Notes under the pieces: model-generated
Told to the model about the DNA's origin: nothing
What the model saw: only the letters and a program-made list of their open reading frames with translations
Database searches by the model: none
Translations under genes and position numbers: made by a program
Shown here: in pieces, positions 30,147-40,535 of the stretch
How the letters are laid out: the number at the start of each line of letters is the position of its first letter
How positions within the stretch are numbered: the first letter of the stretch is position 1
Source of the DNA: Candidatus Eiseniibacteriota bacterium
Lineage (GTDB): Bacteria > Eisenbacteria > RBG-16-71-46 > CAVPCR01
Direction of reading: 5' to 3'
Length of the DNA stretch: 64,000 nucleotides
NCBI GenBank assembly: GCA_963823555.1
Contig: CAWGMA010000004.1
Coordinates: 288,001-352,000, forward strand

Positions 30147-31118
30147 ATGCGAACCCACGCGATATCCCGATACTCCACGTCCAGCATGGCCGAGGACATC
30201 CGCGCGGGGCTGACCCGTCCCGGCCAGAAGGAGCTCCCTTCGAAGTACCTGTACGACGACGTTGGCTCGGCCCTCTTCGAGGTCATCTGCCTGCTTCCGG
30301 AGTACGGGCTGTTTCGAGCCGGCTCTCGCCTCCTCCGGCAGTACGCCGGCGACATCGTCGATCGCCTCGAGCTACCGGTGCTGGTCGCCGAACTGGGGAG
30401 CGGCAGCGGCACCAAGACCCGCTGGATTCTCGAGGAGCTGGCCCAACACCAGCCCACGACCTATTGCCCGATCGATATCTCACCGACGGCGCTCGCGCAG
30501 AGCGCACGGGAACTGGGGCGCATCGATGCGGTGAGCGTCGTCGGGTTCGAGCAACCCTATCTCGACGGACTCCTGGCCGCGGCGGCCCGCCGCCGGCCGG
30601 AGGAGCGCCTCCTCGTGCTCTTCCTGGGCAGCACGATCGGCAACTTCGATCGGCCGGCTGGAGAGAAGTTCATGAGCGAGGTGCGAAATGTCCTCGTGCC
30701 AGGTGATACCCTCCTCCTGGCGACGGATCTCGAGAAGCCGATCGACCAGCTCCTGCTCGCCTATGATGATCCGATCGGAGTCACCGCCTCGTTCAATCTG
30801 AACATGCTTGCCCGCGTCAATCGCGACCTCGACGCCGACTTCGATCTCCGGGACTTCCGGCACGAGGCGCGCTGGAACAAGCAGGAGCGCCGCATCGAGA
30901 TGCACCTGCGTTCGCTTCGCGACCATGCCGTGAGCGTGCGTGGCGGCGGGGGGTTCCGCGTTCGCTTCGTCGAGGGCGAGACCATCTGGACCGAGAGCTC
31001 CCACAAGTACAACCTCGAGGAGGTGGTCGAGATGGCGCGCCGGACGGGCTTCCACTGCGAGGAGCAGTGGGTGAACGAGGAGTGGCTGTTCGCGCAAAGC
31101 CTGTTCCTGGCCGTGTAG
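30147..31118 (+). CDS. egtD: L-histidine N-alpha-trimethyltransferase
   Basis: PSKYLYD..GS.LF, ELGSG...KT, FLGSTIGN, AYDD..GVTA.FN.N, TE.SHKY; GGAGG RBS. Confidence 0.93.
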   Translation: MRTHAISRYSTSSMAEDIRAGLTRPGQKELPSKYLYDDVGSALFEVICLLPEYGLFRAGSRLLRQYAGDIVDRLELPVLVAELGSGSGTKTRWILEELAQHQPTTYCPIDISPTALAQSARELGRIDAVSVVGFEQPYLDGLLAAAARRRPEERLLVLFLGSTIGNFDRPAGEKFMSEVRNVLVPGDTLLLATDLEKPIDQLLLAYDDPIGVTASFNLNMLARVNRDLDADFDLRDFRHEARWNKQERRIEMHLRSLRDHAVSVRGGGGFRVRFVEGETIWTESSHKYNLEEVVEMARRTGFHCEEQWVNEEWLFAQSLFLAV

Positions 31119-31215
31119 CTGCGGTCGGGCGGCCCCGCCGGGATTCGGCTAGACTCCTGCCGCCGGGCCCGGCATCCCGCCGGGGGACACGACTCCCTCA
31201 AACTCGTGATGGCCC

Positions 31216-32063
31216 ATGACACCCGATAAAGAGTCGCAAGAGTTTCTGGATCTGCTGGCTGCGGAACGCCGTGGCTACCGCCTGCCTTTGCGCGCTTCGG
31301 CGGTGGCTCGCGATTTCGTCTACGATCTGCTGGCCCTCCTCTTTCCCCACTTCTCGGAGGAGAGCCGCAGCGAGCCCGAGCAGGTGGCCTATGACTACTG
31401 GCGGGCCCGCGAACGGATCGCGCTCTTCTTGAAGGCCCATCCACGCAATCGGGAGCGGGCCGGGGACCTGGCCCGCGAGTTCCTGGCGCGTCTGCCCTAC
31501 ATCCGGCAGGTGTTGCTCGAGGATGCCGCGGCCATCAACCGGGCCGATCCGGCGGCGCGCAGTGTGGACGAGGTCATCGTCGCCTATCCCGGTTTCTTCG
31601 CTCTGGCCTGCTATCGCTTCGCCCATGAACTCCACACGCTCGGAGTCGAGCTCTTGCCACGCCTGGTCACCGAGGTCGCACACAAGGAGACCGGCATCGA
31701 TATCCACCCTGGTGCCGTGATCGGCCACTCCATGTCCATCGACCACGGTACCGGCATCGTCATCGGCGAGACCACCGTCATCGGCGACCGCGTGCGCCTC
31801 TACCAGGGCGTGACCTTGGGCGCGCTCTCGGTCGACAAGCAGCACTCGAACGTCAAGCGCCACCCGACGATCGAGGACGACGTCATCATCTACGCCAACG
31901 CCACCATCCTGGGCGGCCACACCGTGATCGGAGCCGGCAGTGTCATCGGCGGTAACGTGTGGCTCACCCAGGGTGTGCCGCCGGGAAGCCTGGTCACCGA
32001 GGTGACACAGGTGCAGAAGCAGGCCGCCGGTGCCGGCGAGGGAGCAGAGAAGGGAAGGCGGGA

Positions 32064-32067
<4 letters not shown>
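31216..32067 (+). CDS. cysE: Serine O-acetyltransferase
   Basis: [33 protein letters not shown] hexapeptide repeats. Confidence 0.93.
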
Positions 32068-32975
<908 letters not shown>

Positions 32976-32990
32976 CAGGAAGCCGCCCGC

Positions 32991-34754
32991 TCAGACCCCC
33001 GGGCCGGCGAGTGCGGGTTGCACGCCGGAGGCAGAGACATGGCGGCAAGGCTCGGCCCTGGCGCTGCCTTCGAGGTAGTTGCTTTCGAAGAAGGTGGGAG
33101 GTTCCGAGGTCTCCCCGCGCGCGAGTCGCTTCACTTCGCGTTGCATCATCGAGTAGACATAGCGGCCGCCGAGCCACGAGATGAGCCTGGCCTTGAACCC
33201 GAACTCGCGATGCAGCTCGCCGAGGAGGGCGTCCAGCTTCTCGCGCATTCTCCGGTCCTTGCGGTAGTGGCGTCTGGCCGCCGCCGTCACTGCGCACCAG
33301 GTCTTGGCGAGATCTTGTCCCTCCCAGCGGATGCGGTCGCGGATGCGCGCATCGGGGTGGTCCTTGTACCGGCGCCAGCCCTTGAGTGTGGTCGCGAAAA
33401 TCCGCACGACGCTCGGCCCGTTGATCTCGAAGTCGCGGTTGAAGGCGCGTAACAGCAGCTCGCTCTCGAGGCCCTCGTCGATGTGCGGATGCCAGTAGTT
33501 GAAGCGTGCCTGGCCATGGACTTCCGGCAGGCCCACTCGCTCTTCATCCATGATCAGGCCCTTGGCGGTGAACTCGCTGTGCAGGGCCGTGCCGGGCATG
33601 GGCATGTAGAGCATGAACTGATGGAAATCGGTGGCGTGGCTGACGGCGTAATCGATGACGGCATCGATGTTGTCGGGCGTGTGGTTCTCGAGCCCGATGA
33701 TGCTGCTGCCGAGCACGCGGATGCCATGCGACTGGAATTCGCCGATCATCTCCCGGGTGTCGACGCCGCGCAACTTGCCGTACTCGCTCTGCTCGCCTTC
33801 GAGGCCGATCCAGATCCAGGACACGCCGAGGCGCACGAGTTGCTCGATCGTGTACTTGCACAGCACGTTGGCTGACGCAAACACGTAGAACGACCAGGGC
33901 TTGCCGTGTTCCTCCATCAGCTCGAGCAACCGCAGGGCACGGGGGCGATTGAGCAGGAAATTCTCGTCCATCACGAAGAACGAGCGGGCCCCCGACTCAC
34001 GCTCCAGGCCGGTCAAGATCTCGAAGATCTCATCGCCGGTTTCGTAGAATGTGTTGAACTTGCCCTTGCCGCCGAACATTGCGGACGTGGAGCAGAAGTT
34101 GCAGCCCAGGGGGCAGCCGACGGAGGGGATCAGCGTGGCCGCGGTATCACCCGGGCGGTTGGGAACCTCGATGCCCATGCTGCGCATGTTGATGGGCGAA
34201 TAGACCACGGGGTGGCGGTACGGGCGGCTGGTGTCCTCTCCCAGGTAGTGGCGGAACCACTCGACACCCTCGCCCTTCACGATGTGGTCGGCATCGACGC
34301 GCTGGTCCAGGTCGCTGAGGCTGGCGACGTGGCCGCCGATCACGATCTTGGCTTTGGGCTGATGGAGGCGAATCAGCTCGCACATCTTCCGCACCTTCAG
34401 CACGTTGACGAGAATGCTGCTGATGCCGATCACGTCGTAGGGCTCCGTCTTCAGCTCCTCGACGAAGCGGTCCAGGGTGGGGAAATCCAGCAGATTGCAG
34501 CGCGCCTCGACATTGCACTGGATCAGCATGATGCCCCAGCTGCGGTGGAACATGCGGAGCGAGAAGGGCCCCTGGGTGCGAGTGACCTGGTTGTGGTAGA
34601 GCTCCATGGGGTTGATGCGGCTGCTGCCGTACTCGTCGTCCTGGGCGTAGGGCCCGAACACGCTGGTCAGCAGCACCTTGGCGCGCGAGCCCAGCGGGTG
34701 CACCGGGCGGTCGTCGCCAGCGCTGGCGGCGGTGTTGTCGTTATCACGGGTCAT
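32991..34754 (-). CDS. B12-binding-domain radical SAM protein
   Basis: IVIGGH cobalamin-domain motif, GEG, GCPLGCNFC, DENF, IGLE, PMPGT. Start uncertain (34754-34922). Confidence 0.88.
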   Translation of the reverse strand: MTRDNDNTAASAGDDRPVHPLGSRAKVLLTSVFGPYAQDDEYGSSRINPMELYHNQVTRTQGPFSLRMFHRSWGIMLIQCNVEARCNLLDFPTLDRFVEELKTEPYDVIGISSILVNVLKVRKMCELIRLHQPKAKIVIGGHVASLSDLDQRVDADHIVKGEGVEWFRHYLGEDTSRPYRHPVVYSPINMRSMGIEVPNRPGDTAATLIPSVGCPLGCNFCSTSAMFGGKGKFNTFYETGDEIFEILTGLERESGARSFFVMDENFLLNRPRALRLLELMEEHGKPWSFYVFASANVLCKYTIEQLVRLGVSWIWIGLEGEQSEYGKLRGVDTREMIGEFQSHGIRVLGSSIIGLENHTPDNIDAVIDYAVSHATDFHQFMLYMPMPGTALHSEFTAKGLIMDEERVGLPEVHGQARFNYWHPHIDEGLESELLLRAFNRDFEINGPSVVRIFATTLKGWRRYKDHPDARIRDRIRWEGQDLAKTWCAVTAAARRHYRKDRRMREKLDALLGELHREFGFKARLISWLGGRYVYSMMQREVKRLARGETSEPPTFFESNYLEGSARAEPCRHVSASGVQPALAGPGV

Positions 34755-34873
34755 GTCGACCGGCAGGGTCGCTACCGTCGCGTCCCCCCGGGGTGAGCCA
34801 GTCGGGCGACCCGGCTCCGTGACCGCATGACGCCGGGAGACGTGGCCCTCACGCGAAGGATGTCTGTGGTCGG

Positions 34874-35299
34874 TCAAGTTGTTGACTTCTTGCTCTTGGG
34901 GCACGACGACCGGCTCGGACACTTGCCGCAGTCACCCTGGGCCGCCGGCTTGGCGCTGGCCTCGTGCACAGCGTCGAGCTTCGCCTCCGGAGCCACCTTG
35001 GTCACCACCTTGGTCAGGGTCTCGGGAGAGGTCTTGGCCGTCTCGAAGGTGACCAGGAACTTCCCGGCCTCCGCCTCGGCCTTGGCGGTGATGATCCCCT
35101 CTTCCTTGGCGAGGGCCTTGGTCAGATCCTTGACGACCGCCGCATCCGAGAGATTGGGCACGCTGTAGATGGCCGTCTGGGCGTACGGCGCCGCCTGGGC
35201 CGGTGCTGCATCTTGGGCCGGCGCGTCGCCGGCGAAGGACGCCGTTGCGGTGAGAAGCAAGGTGCTGGTCAGGATGAACAAGAGAGACTTGACGCGCAT
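34874..35299 (-). CDS. Exported HMA-fold-like protein with Cys-rich C-terminal tail
   Basis: Signal peptide (ASFA-G); ferredoxin-like pattern without GMxCxxC; tail CGKCPSRSSCP. Confidence 0.65.
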   Translation of the reverse strand: MRVKSLLFILTSTLLLTATASFAGDAPAQDAAPAQAAPYAQTAIYSVPNLSDAAVVKDLTKALAKEEGIITAKAEAEAGKFLVTFETAKTSPETLTKVVTKVAPEAKLDAVHEASAKPAAQGDCGKCPSRSSCPKSKKSTT

Positions 35300-35334
35300 G
35301 GAATCGTCCTCCAGTGACAGGATTGGTCGTGAAA

Positions 35335-35736
35335 TCAACGGGGGCTCTCCGCGACCTCGACGCCGTCGATCTCGCGGACGGCATAGACTCCGAACAGGAA
35401 CTCGCCGGTCGTCTCGTTGTAGACCGGCCCTTCGATCGCATCCTTCATGGCTGCCGGGTCGGTGACCGCCGGATCATAAGTCACCTCGACCTTGGCCCGG
35501 GGCGCCCACGCCGTGAACCGGATCACGCCCGGCACATCTTCGAGCTGCCGCGAAGCTCGTTCGGCGGTATCGACGCAGCGCACTCCTTCGACGACGAACA
35601 CGACGCGGCGCTCTTCAGACGCAGTGGCGGCGAAGTCGCGAACCACGCTGGGTGCCGCAAAGAGCCGTGCGCCGCCGATGCCGGCTGCCGCTGCCACGAC
35701 CACGAGTGCCGGTACGATCCAGAGTGGGGCCTTCAT
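35335..35736 (-). CDS. Membrane-anchored HMA-like domain protein
   Basis: N-terminal TM; F.VEGVRCVDTA (degenerate GMxCxxC), VPGV, V.YDP. Confidence 0.7.
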   Translation of the reverse strand: MKAPLWIVPALVVVAAAAGIGGARLFAAPSVVRDFAATASEERRVVFVVEGVRCVDTAERASRQLEDVPGVIRFTAWAPRAKVEVTYDPAVTDPAAMKDAIEGPVYNETTGEFLFGVYAVREIDGVEVAESPR

Positions 35737-36524
35737 CGTCGCATCCCCGCCCAGCGTAGCTCCAGCGCTCCGCTCGGGCAGACTTCAGTGCACTCGAAGC
35801 ACAGCGTGCACTCCCCGGATTGTACCGTTTCCGCCTGCGACACGTCGATCGTTTGCGGGCAGGCGTGGTCGCATGCACCGCAGGCCGTGCAGCTGTTCTC
35901 CTCCCGCACCAGGCGGAGCCGCCCCGCGGCGGAGAAGGGCCAGATCGCCGCGCCGAGGGGGCACAGGTAGCGGCACCAGGCCATGGGCAAGAGGAGGCCG
36001 ACGATCGCGAGTCCGGCGAGGATGGCATAGCTCATGGCTCGCACGTCGTGACCGTTGGCGCTGAACAGGATGTAGTAGGGATCGTAGCCGCGGAACACCA
36101 GTTCGCCGGTGGTCCAGGTCGCAACGAGCACGAGCGCCAGGACGGCGATGCGCAGGACGACGCGTAGCACCCGGTCCACACGCGGCGGAATGCGCCACAG
36201 ACCGGTGAACCCTTGCCGGGCAAACAGCCGCTGGGCGAGCCGCCCTTCCCACTCGGAGAGCGCGCCCACGGGGCAGACCCAGCCGCAGAAGGCCTTTCGC
36301 GCCAGGAATGTAAGACCGATCAGGGCGATGAAGAGGGCGAGGTTCGTGTCGCCGGCAGCACAGGTGAAGCGCTGGCGGGTCAGGAATGCATAGGCCGTCT
36401 CGAGCCCGCCAAAGGGGCAGTAGGTCTCGACCGTGATGACGGAACGGCCCAACGCAAAGCGAGCCCCCGCAACGGAGGCGGCGAGGATGACAGCGATTTG
36501 TGTGACTAGACGTAGCCGCTTCAC
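35733..36524 (-). CDS. NapH/MauN-like membrane 4Fe-4S protein
   Basis: YCPFGG, FCGWVCP, WCRYLCP, CTACGACDHACP, CTLCFECTEVCP; several TM helices. Confidence 0.88.
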   Translation of the reverse strand: MKRLRLVTQIAVILAASVAGARFALGRSVITVETYCPFGGLETAYAFLTRQRFTCAAGDTNLALFIALIGLTFLARKAFCGWVCPVGALSEWEGRLAQRLFARQGFTGLWRIPPRVDRVLRVVLRIAVLALVLVATWTTGELVFRGYDPYYILFSANGHDVRAMSYAILAGLAIVGLLLPMAWCRYLCPLGAAIWPFSAAGRLRLVREENSCTACGACDHACPQTIDVSQAETVQSGECTLCFECTEVCPSGALELRWAGMRR

Positions 36525-36583
36525 GCTCCGGTCTCCCAGGACTGACGGAGACCGAGGCGGGTCTCCCTGCTGCTTTCCCAATG

Positions 36584-36629
36584 ACCATATCAGGAGACCG
36601 CGGGTTGTGTCAAAACGTGAGTTCTGACA
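36584..36629 (-). promoter_or_regulatory. Sigma70 promoter with overlapping inverted-repeat operator
   Basis: Minus strand TTGACA (36613-36608), 18 bp spacer ending TGA, TATGGT (36589-36584). Inverted repeat TGTCAAAAC-GTGA-GTTCTGACA at 36608-36629. Confidence 0.6.
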
Positions 36630-36699
36630 ATAGGATAGGCGGGAGGAGGGAAGGCCCGCCGGGGCCCGGCAGGGGATGAAGCCGGGCCAGGGGAGGGGT

Positions 36700-37257
36700 T
36701 CAGAAGCTCCCGAACTTGAACGTCAGGACGCCGAACGGCGCGCTCAGATCGCTGTTGGAGAGGTCCAGGTCCGCCGCCGTCACGATCCGGTAGCCACCTC
36801 CGACACCGATGCGGAAGAACGTTGCCACGTTCAGCATGAGGTTGGCTGCAGGCTCCAGCACGAAGACGGTATCCGTTCGATCGAAGAGATACGTCGCCCC
36901 GCCGGCGCCGATGAGGGTGTAGATCGAGAAATGAAGCAGGTCATCGGACCGGTTGATGTACTCGATCTCGACGCCGCCGTAGCCGAACTCGATTCCTCTC
37001 TCGAAGGGAAATTCGAACTCCCCGATGCTGTTGGCGACGCCATAGCCGCCAGCGCCGACGACGAACGTGTGATTGATGATCCAGCCGCCGCGGCCACCGG
37101 CGAAGACCGCGAAGTCGCCGCCGACGTCGCTGAACTTGACGACCGGGCCGCCGAAGCCGCCGGACTCGAGCCCGCCGCCCAGCAACGTCCTCTGCTGGGC
37201 GGCCGACAGCGAGCTCGTGGCGAGCAGGCCAAGGATGATCAGTGCGAACTGTCTCAT
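36700..37257 (-). CDS. Small outer-membrane beta-barrel protein
   Basis: Signal peptide, Gly/aromatic-rich amphipathic strands, ends FKFGSF. Confidence 0.72.
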   Translation of the reverse strand: MRQFALIILGLLATSSLSAAQQRTLLGGGLESGGFGGPVVKFSDVGGDFAVFAGGRGGWIINHTFVVGAGGYGVANSIGEFEFPFERGIEFGYGGVEIEYINRSDDLLHFSIYTLIGAGGATYLFDRTDTVFVLEPAANLMLNVATFFRIGVGGGYRIVTAADLDLSNSDLSAPFGVLTFKFGSF

Positions 37258-37706
37258 CGATTCCCTCCGTCGGATCTGCGACCTATCAGGTGCGCTTGCC
37301 TGACGAGTCCCAACCTAGAGTCCCGCCGGGTGCCTGTCAACCTGCGGCCAACCTGATCCCAGGAAGTCCGGGTCTCGATTCTGCTTTGTCCTGGTGGAGT
37401 GACGAGGTCGTCGTCGAGGAGATCTCGATCTGCCCTCACGGCATCCAGTTCCTGTTCATGGCCGAGGAACGTGGTAGTCCCTACCTCGTGGCGCTGGTGT
37501 TCGTGAATCCCCTGGTCTGCCCGCGGCTCCGCCCCCGGCCCGACCGGCCGCGGATCGTGGAGCCTTCGCTTCGGCTCGCTCTGGTATGGCGCGGCCGAGA
37601 GATCGAACTGAGAGGGTGCCTGGATGCCTACATGATGCTGTTGACGCGATCCGTGGGGTGACGACGTTGTCGACCAAGAGGGGAAGGCAAGGGGCGATGC
37701 GGCTCG

Positions 37707-38210
37707 CTAGCGGGGCTCAAGGCTGCCTACCTCGGATTCAGCCATCGCACTCGATCCAGAATAGGCGATGACGCGCCAGACCAGGATCGGATCGGGGTCG
37801 GGAATCGTGGCTGCCGGAAGCACGAGGATAGTGTCGAACTGGATGGGTGACTCGTAGAGGAGCTTGAGGCTCGAGTCGTAGATCTTGAGCTGGTACCCGC
37901 TGGCGCCCTCGACCGCGCGCCAGCGAAACATGACCGACCCCGAATTGAGGAATGTCGGTTCCTCGATCCCGAACATGCGATCCTCGTTGCCACTACCGAC
38001 CAGCGGGTTGCTCCCTTCGAGCCCATCCAAGCGGTCGAGCACCCGGAGGCCGAGGAGGAGGGCAACGCAGGCTACCAGGGCGAGAACCCAGGCCGCGCGG
38101 CGCGGTGTCAAGATGCCGCGGCCGACACGAGCCGGTTGCGAGCCCGGAACGCGATCAGGGCCCCTCATCTCCGCCCACGGGTGCTCACGCTCGATGCGGG
38201 CAGATGTCTT
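37707..38210 (-). CDS. Hypothetical single-pass membrane protein with beta-rich (Fn3-like) extracellular domain
   Basis: One TM (WVLALVACVALLLG); FRW..V.GA..Y...I...W.V.A pattern. Start uncertain. Confidence 0.45.
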   Translation of the reverse strand, partial: KTSARIEREHPWAEMRGPDRVPGSQPARVGRGILTPRRAAWVLALVACVALLLGLRVLDRLDGLEGSNPLVGSGNEDRMFGIEEPTFLNSGSVMFRWRAVEGASGYQLKIYDSSLKLLYESPIQFDTILVLPAATIPDPDPILVWRVIAYSGSSAMAESEVGSLEPR

Positions 38211-38358
38211 GATGGTTGTTGGGTCCGTCGAATGGCCAAGAGGGCGAGATTCTAACATGGAATCATGACGCCTCCGCCGGGGGGTGCATGGTGACTCGGG
38301 CGTGGCCGCGTTACACTCCGCTCATGAGCCTCAGTTCTCCCGATCACGAGCTCCGCCC

Positions 38359-39423
38359 ATGACGCCGCGCGAGCGGATCCGCTGCGTGCTCCGCCACGAG
38401 CGGCCCGACCGCGTTCCGCGGATGGTCAACTTCTATCCCACGACCTTCGGTCCCCATCCTGGACGCGACAGGAACACCGAGTTCGCGACCGACATCCGTT
38501 TCGTGAGCATCGAGGCGCCGCGAGAGCAGGGGGATTTCCTCCGCTATCTCGAGTCGCTCCCGCGCGACGCCTACGTGGGAAACCTCGATACGCTCCGCAC
38601 CTATCACCTCTGGGGCTACCACCCGGAAATCGAGCGGGATGCGCGCCTGGGCGATGCCCGCACGATCGCGGAGATCGCCGCCGCCCCGCTTCCCGATTTC
38701 ATGAGGCAGCTCAGGCCGGAGCGGCTCCGCGCCGAGGTGGAAGCGCACCACGACCGCGGCTACCCGGTGATGGCCGCGCCGCCGCACCTGGGCGGGGAGC
38801 TCTTCGAGACCGCCTACCGGCTCCGCGGCTTCGAGCAGTTCATGATCGACCTCGCCACGAACCCGCCGCTCGTCGACTACCTCCTCGAGCAGCTCACCGC
38901 CATGCACCTCCCGGTGTCCCTCGCCCTCACCCGCGCCGGCATCGACATCCTGGCCCTCGATGACGATGTCGCCGATTCCGGGCGCATGCTCATGAGCCGC
39001 GCGATGTGGCAGCGCTACTTCAAGCCGCACGTGAAGACGGTCATCGATACCTGCCGGGCCGCCAACCCCGAGCTCGCGGTCTTCTGGCACAGCGACGGCA
39101 ACATCGAGGCCATCATCCCCGACCTGATCGAGATCGGGGTCGACATCCTGAATCCGGTACAGCCAGATGTCATGGATCCGGCCCGGCTCAAGCGGCTCTA
39201 CGGCGAGCGGCTCGTCTTCTTCGGCACCGTCGGGACGCCCCATCTCTGGTCCTTCGGCACGCCCGCGGACATTCGCGCCGAGGTGCAGGAGCGGATCGCG
39301 ACCGTGGGTCGGGACGGCGGTCTCATCATCTCTCCGGCCTACGACCTCGAGCCGGCGGAGAACATCCCCTGGGCGAACGTCGTCGCCTTCTTCGCGGCGG
39401 TCGAGGAGTTCGGCGCCTACTGA
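38359..39423 (+). CDS. Uroporphyrinogen decarboxylase/MtaA-CmuA-family protein
   Basis: MTPRERI...PDRVP, LRGFEQF, DD.A, FWHSDG, G.D.LNPVQP, LIISPA. Confidence 0.85.
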   Translation: MTPRERIRCVLRHERPDRVPRMVNFYPTTFGPHPGRDRNTEFATDIRFVSIEAPREQGDFLRYLESLPRDAYVGNLDTLRTYHLWGYHPEIERDARLGDARTIAEIAAAPLPDFMRQLRPERLRAEVEAHHDRGYPVMAAPPHLGGELFETAYRLRGFEQFMIDLATNPPLVDYLLEQLTAMHLPVSLALTRAGIDILALDDDVADSGRMLMSRAMWQRYFKPHVKTVIDTCRAANPELAVFWHSDGNIEAIIPDLIEIGVDILNPVQPDVMDPARLKRLYGERLVFFGTVGTPHLWSFGTPADIRAEVQERIATVGRDGGLIISPAYDLEPAENIPWANVVAFFAAVEEFGAY

Positions 39424-40340
39424 CTCCCGCAGCGCTGCGCCGCCGCACCGCCACTCGCGGCCGGCGCCAGGCTCCGGAAGTAGGACTCGATGCCTTGGGC
39501 ACGGTACTGGCGGTGGGCCGGTGGATCGACGGGCCGCACGAGCTCGGTGCTGCCGGTGGTCTTGTTGATGTCGAGGAGCACCGCCCGATCCCCGACCATC
39601 ACGTAGTCCAGCTTGCCGTAGTCCAGGTTGAACCGCTGCCGCCAGCCGTCGACTTCGGCCGGAGGATCCACCTCGGTCCAGCGGGTCGTCGTGCGAGCCT
39701 TGACCAGCCGTTCCGGACTGCCGAGGCGCGTGCAGGTCCAGCGATCGCCGAGGAAATGGTAGGTGCGGATGAAGTACAAACCGTCCTCTCTCTCCGGGAT
39801 GAACTTCTCGACGATCAGCCGCCGATCGTTGAAGCAGCGCAATGGAACCTGGCGCAGGTGATCGTAGGTGAGGTAGTGGTCCTCGCTCTTCATCGGCGCG
39901 CCGATCTCGCCGAGTGAGTCCAGGAACCGCCAGGCCTTGAGCATCCGCGGGCGCCGGCGCAGCCATACCGGCTCGCGGTTGACCCGTTCGGGGCGGCCGG
40001 CATTGTTCAGATCCGTCTTGACGATGACGGGTCCATCCCAGTCGTCACTCGGAGTGAGGCGGCTTTCGCTGAATGCGGATTTCTTGATGTTCTTGACGCA
40101 TGCGTTCAGGGCAATGGGATAGCGGGCTGCGAAGGCCAGGTATTCGTCGGGAACGACCGACAGATCGACATGAACCAGAACCAGGTCGGCCGGTTCCATG
40201 CGGCCTGTTCCGAACAGGAAGACGACATCGTGGCCCATCTGGCGCCAGGATTCGGCCAGATCGTGGATGACGTAGGACGCGATCTTGCGCCCACGGTCTT
40301 TCCTGTGGAAGAGAACGGCGATTCGCCGCAGCCTGGTCAT
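39417..40340 (-). CDS. Hypothetical protein, ATP-grasp-like
   Basis: PVIVKTDLN, IVEKFIPE, LDYGKLDY...LLDINKT resemble ATP-grasp motifs. Confidence 0.6.
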   Translation of the reverse strand: MTRLRRIAVLFHRKDRGRKIASYVIHDLAESWRQMGHDVVFLFGTGRMEPADLVLVHVDLSVVPDEYLAFAARYPIALNACVKNIKKSAFSESRLTPSDDWDGPVIVKTDLNNAGRPERVNREPVWLRRRPRMLKAWRFLDSLGEIGAPMKSEDHYLTYDHLRQVPLRCFNDRRLIVEKFIPEREDGLYFIRTYHFLGDRWTCTRLGSPERLVKARTTTRWTEVDPPAEVDGWRQRFNLDYGKLDYVMVGDRAVLLDINKTTGSTELVRPVDPPAHRQYRAQGIESYFRSLAPAASGGAAAQRCGSQ

Positions 40341-40535
40341 GGGGGTTCCGGCAGGTGACGTTCCAGGGATGCACTGCACTGCGGAGGAGGAGAGTATAAC
40401 CGAATTCGGGCCGAGAGTCCAGCCTGGAGAGCAGGAAGCGATCCCTGATACGTGGTCCCCGCGACCCGTCGTGGCATCTGGTATCATGGCGCACTCGGCC
40501 GTCCTCTCTCTACGTCTCCCAGGAGTTAGCGCGCG

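Noticed and set aside
37242..37661. Small plus-strand ORF (139 aa)
   Set aside because: Partly codon-like but has no clear start, RBS or motif, and overlaps the start of the barrel gene.
40341..40535. Cobalamin or SAM riboswitch upstream of the mttB operon
   Set aside because: No B12-box or SAM-I core recognised by eye. An Rfam scan would settle it.
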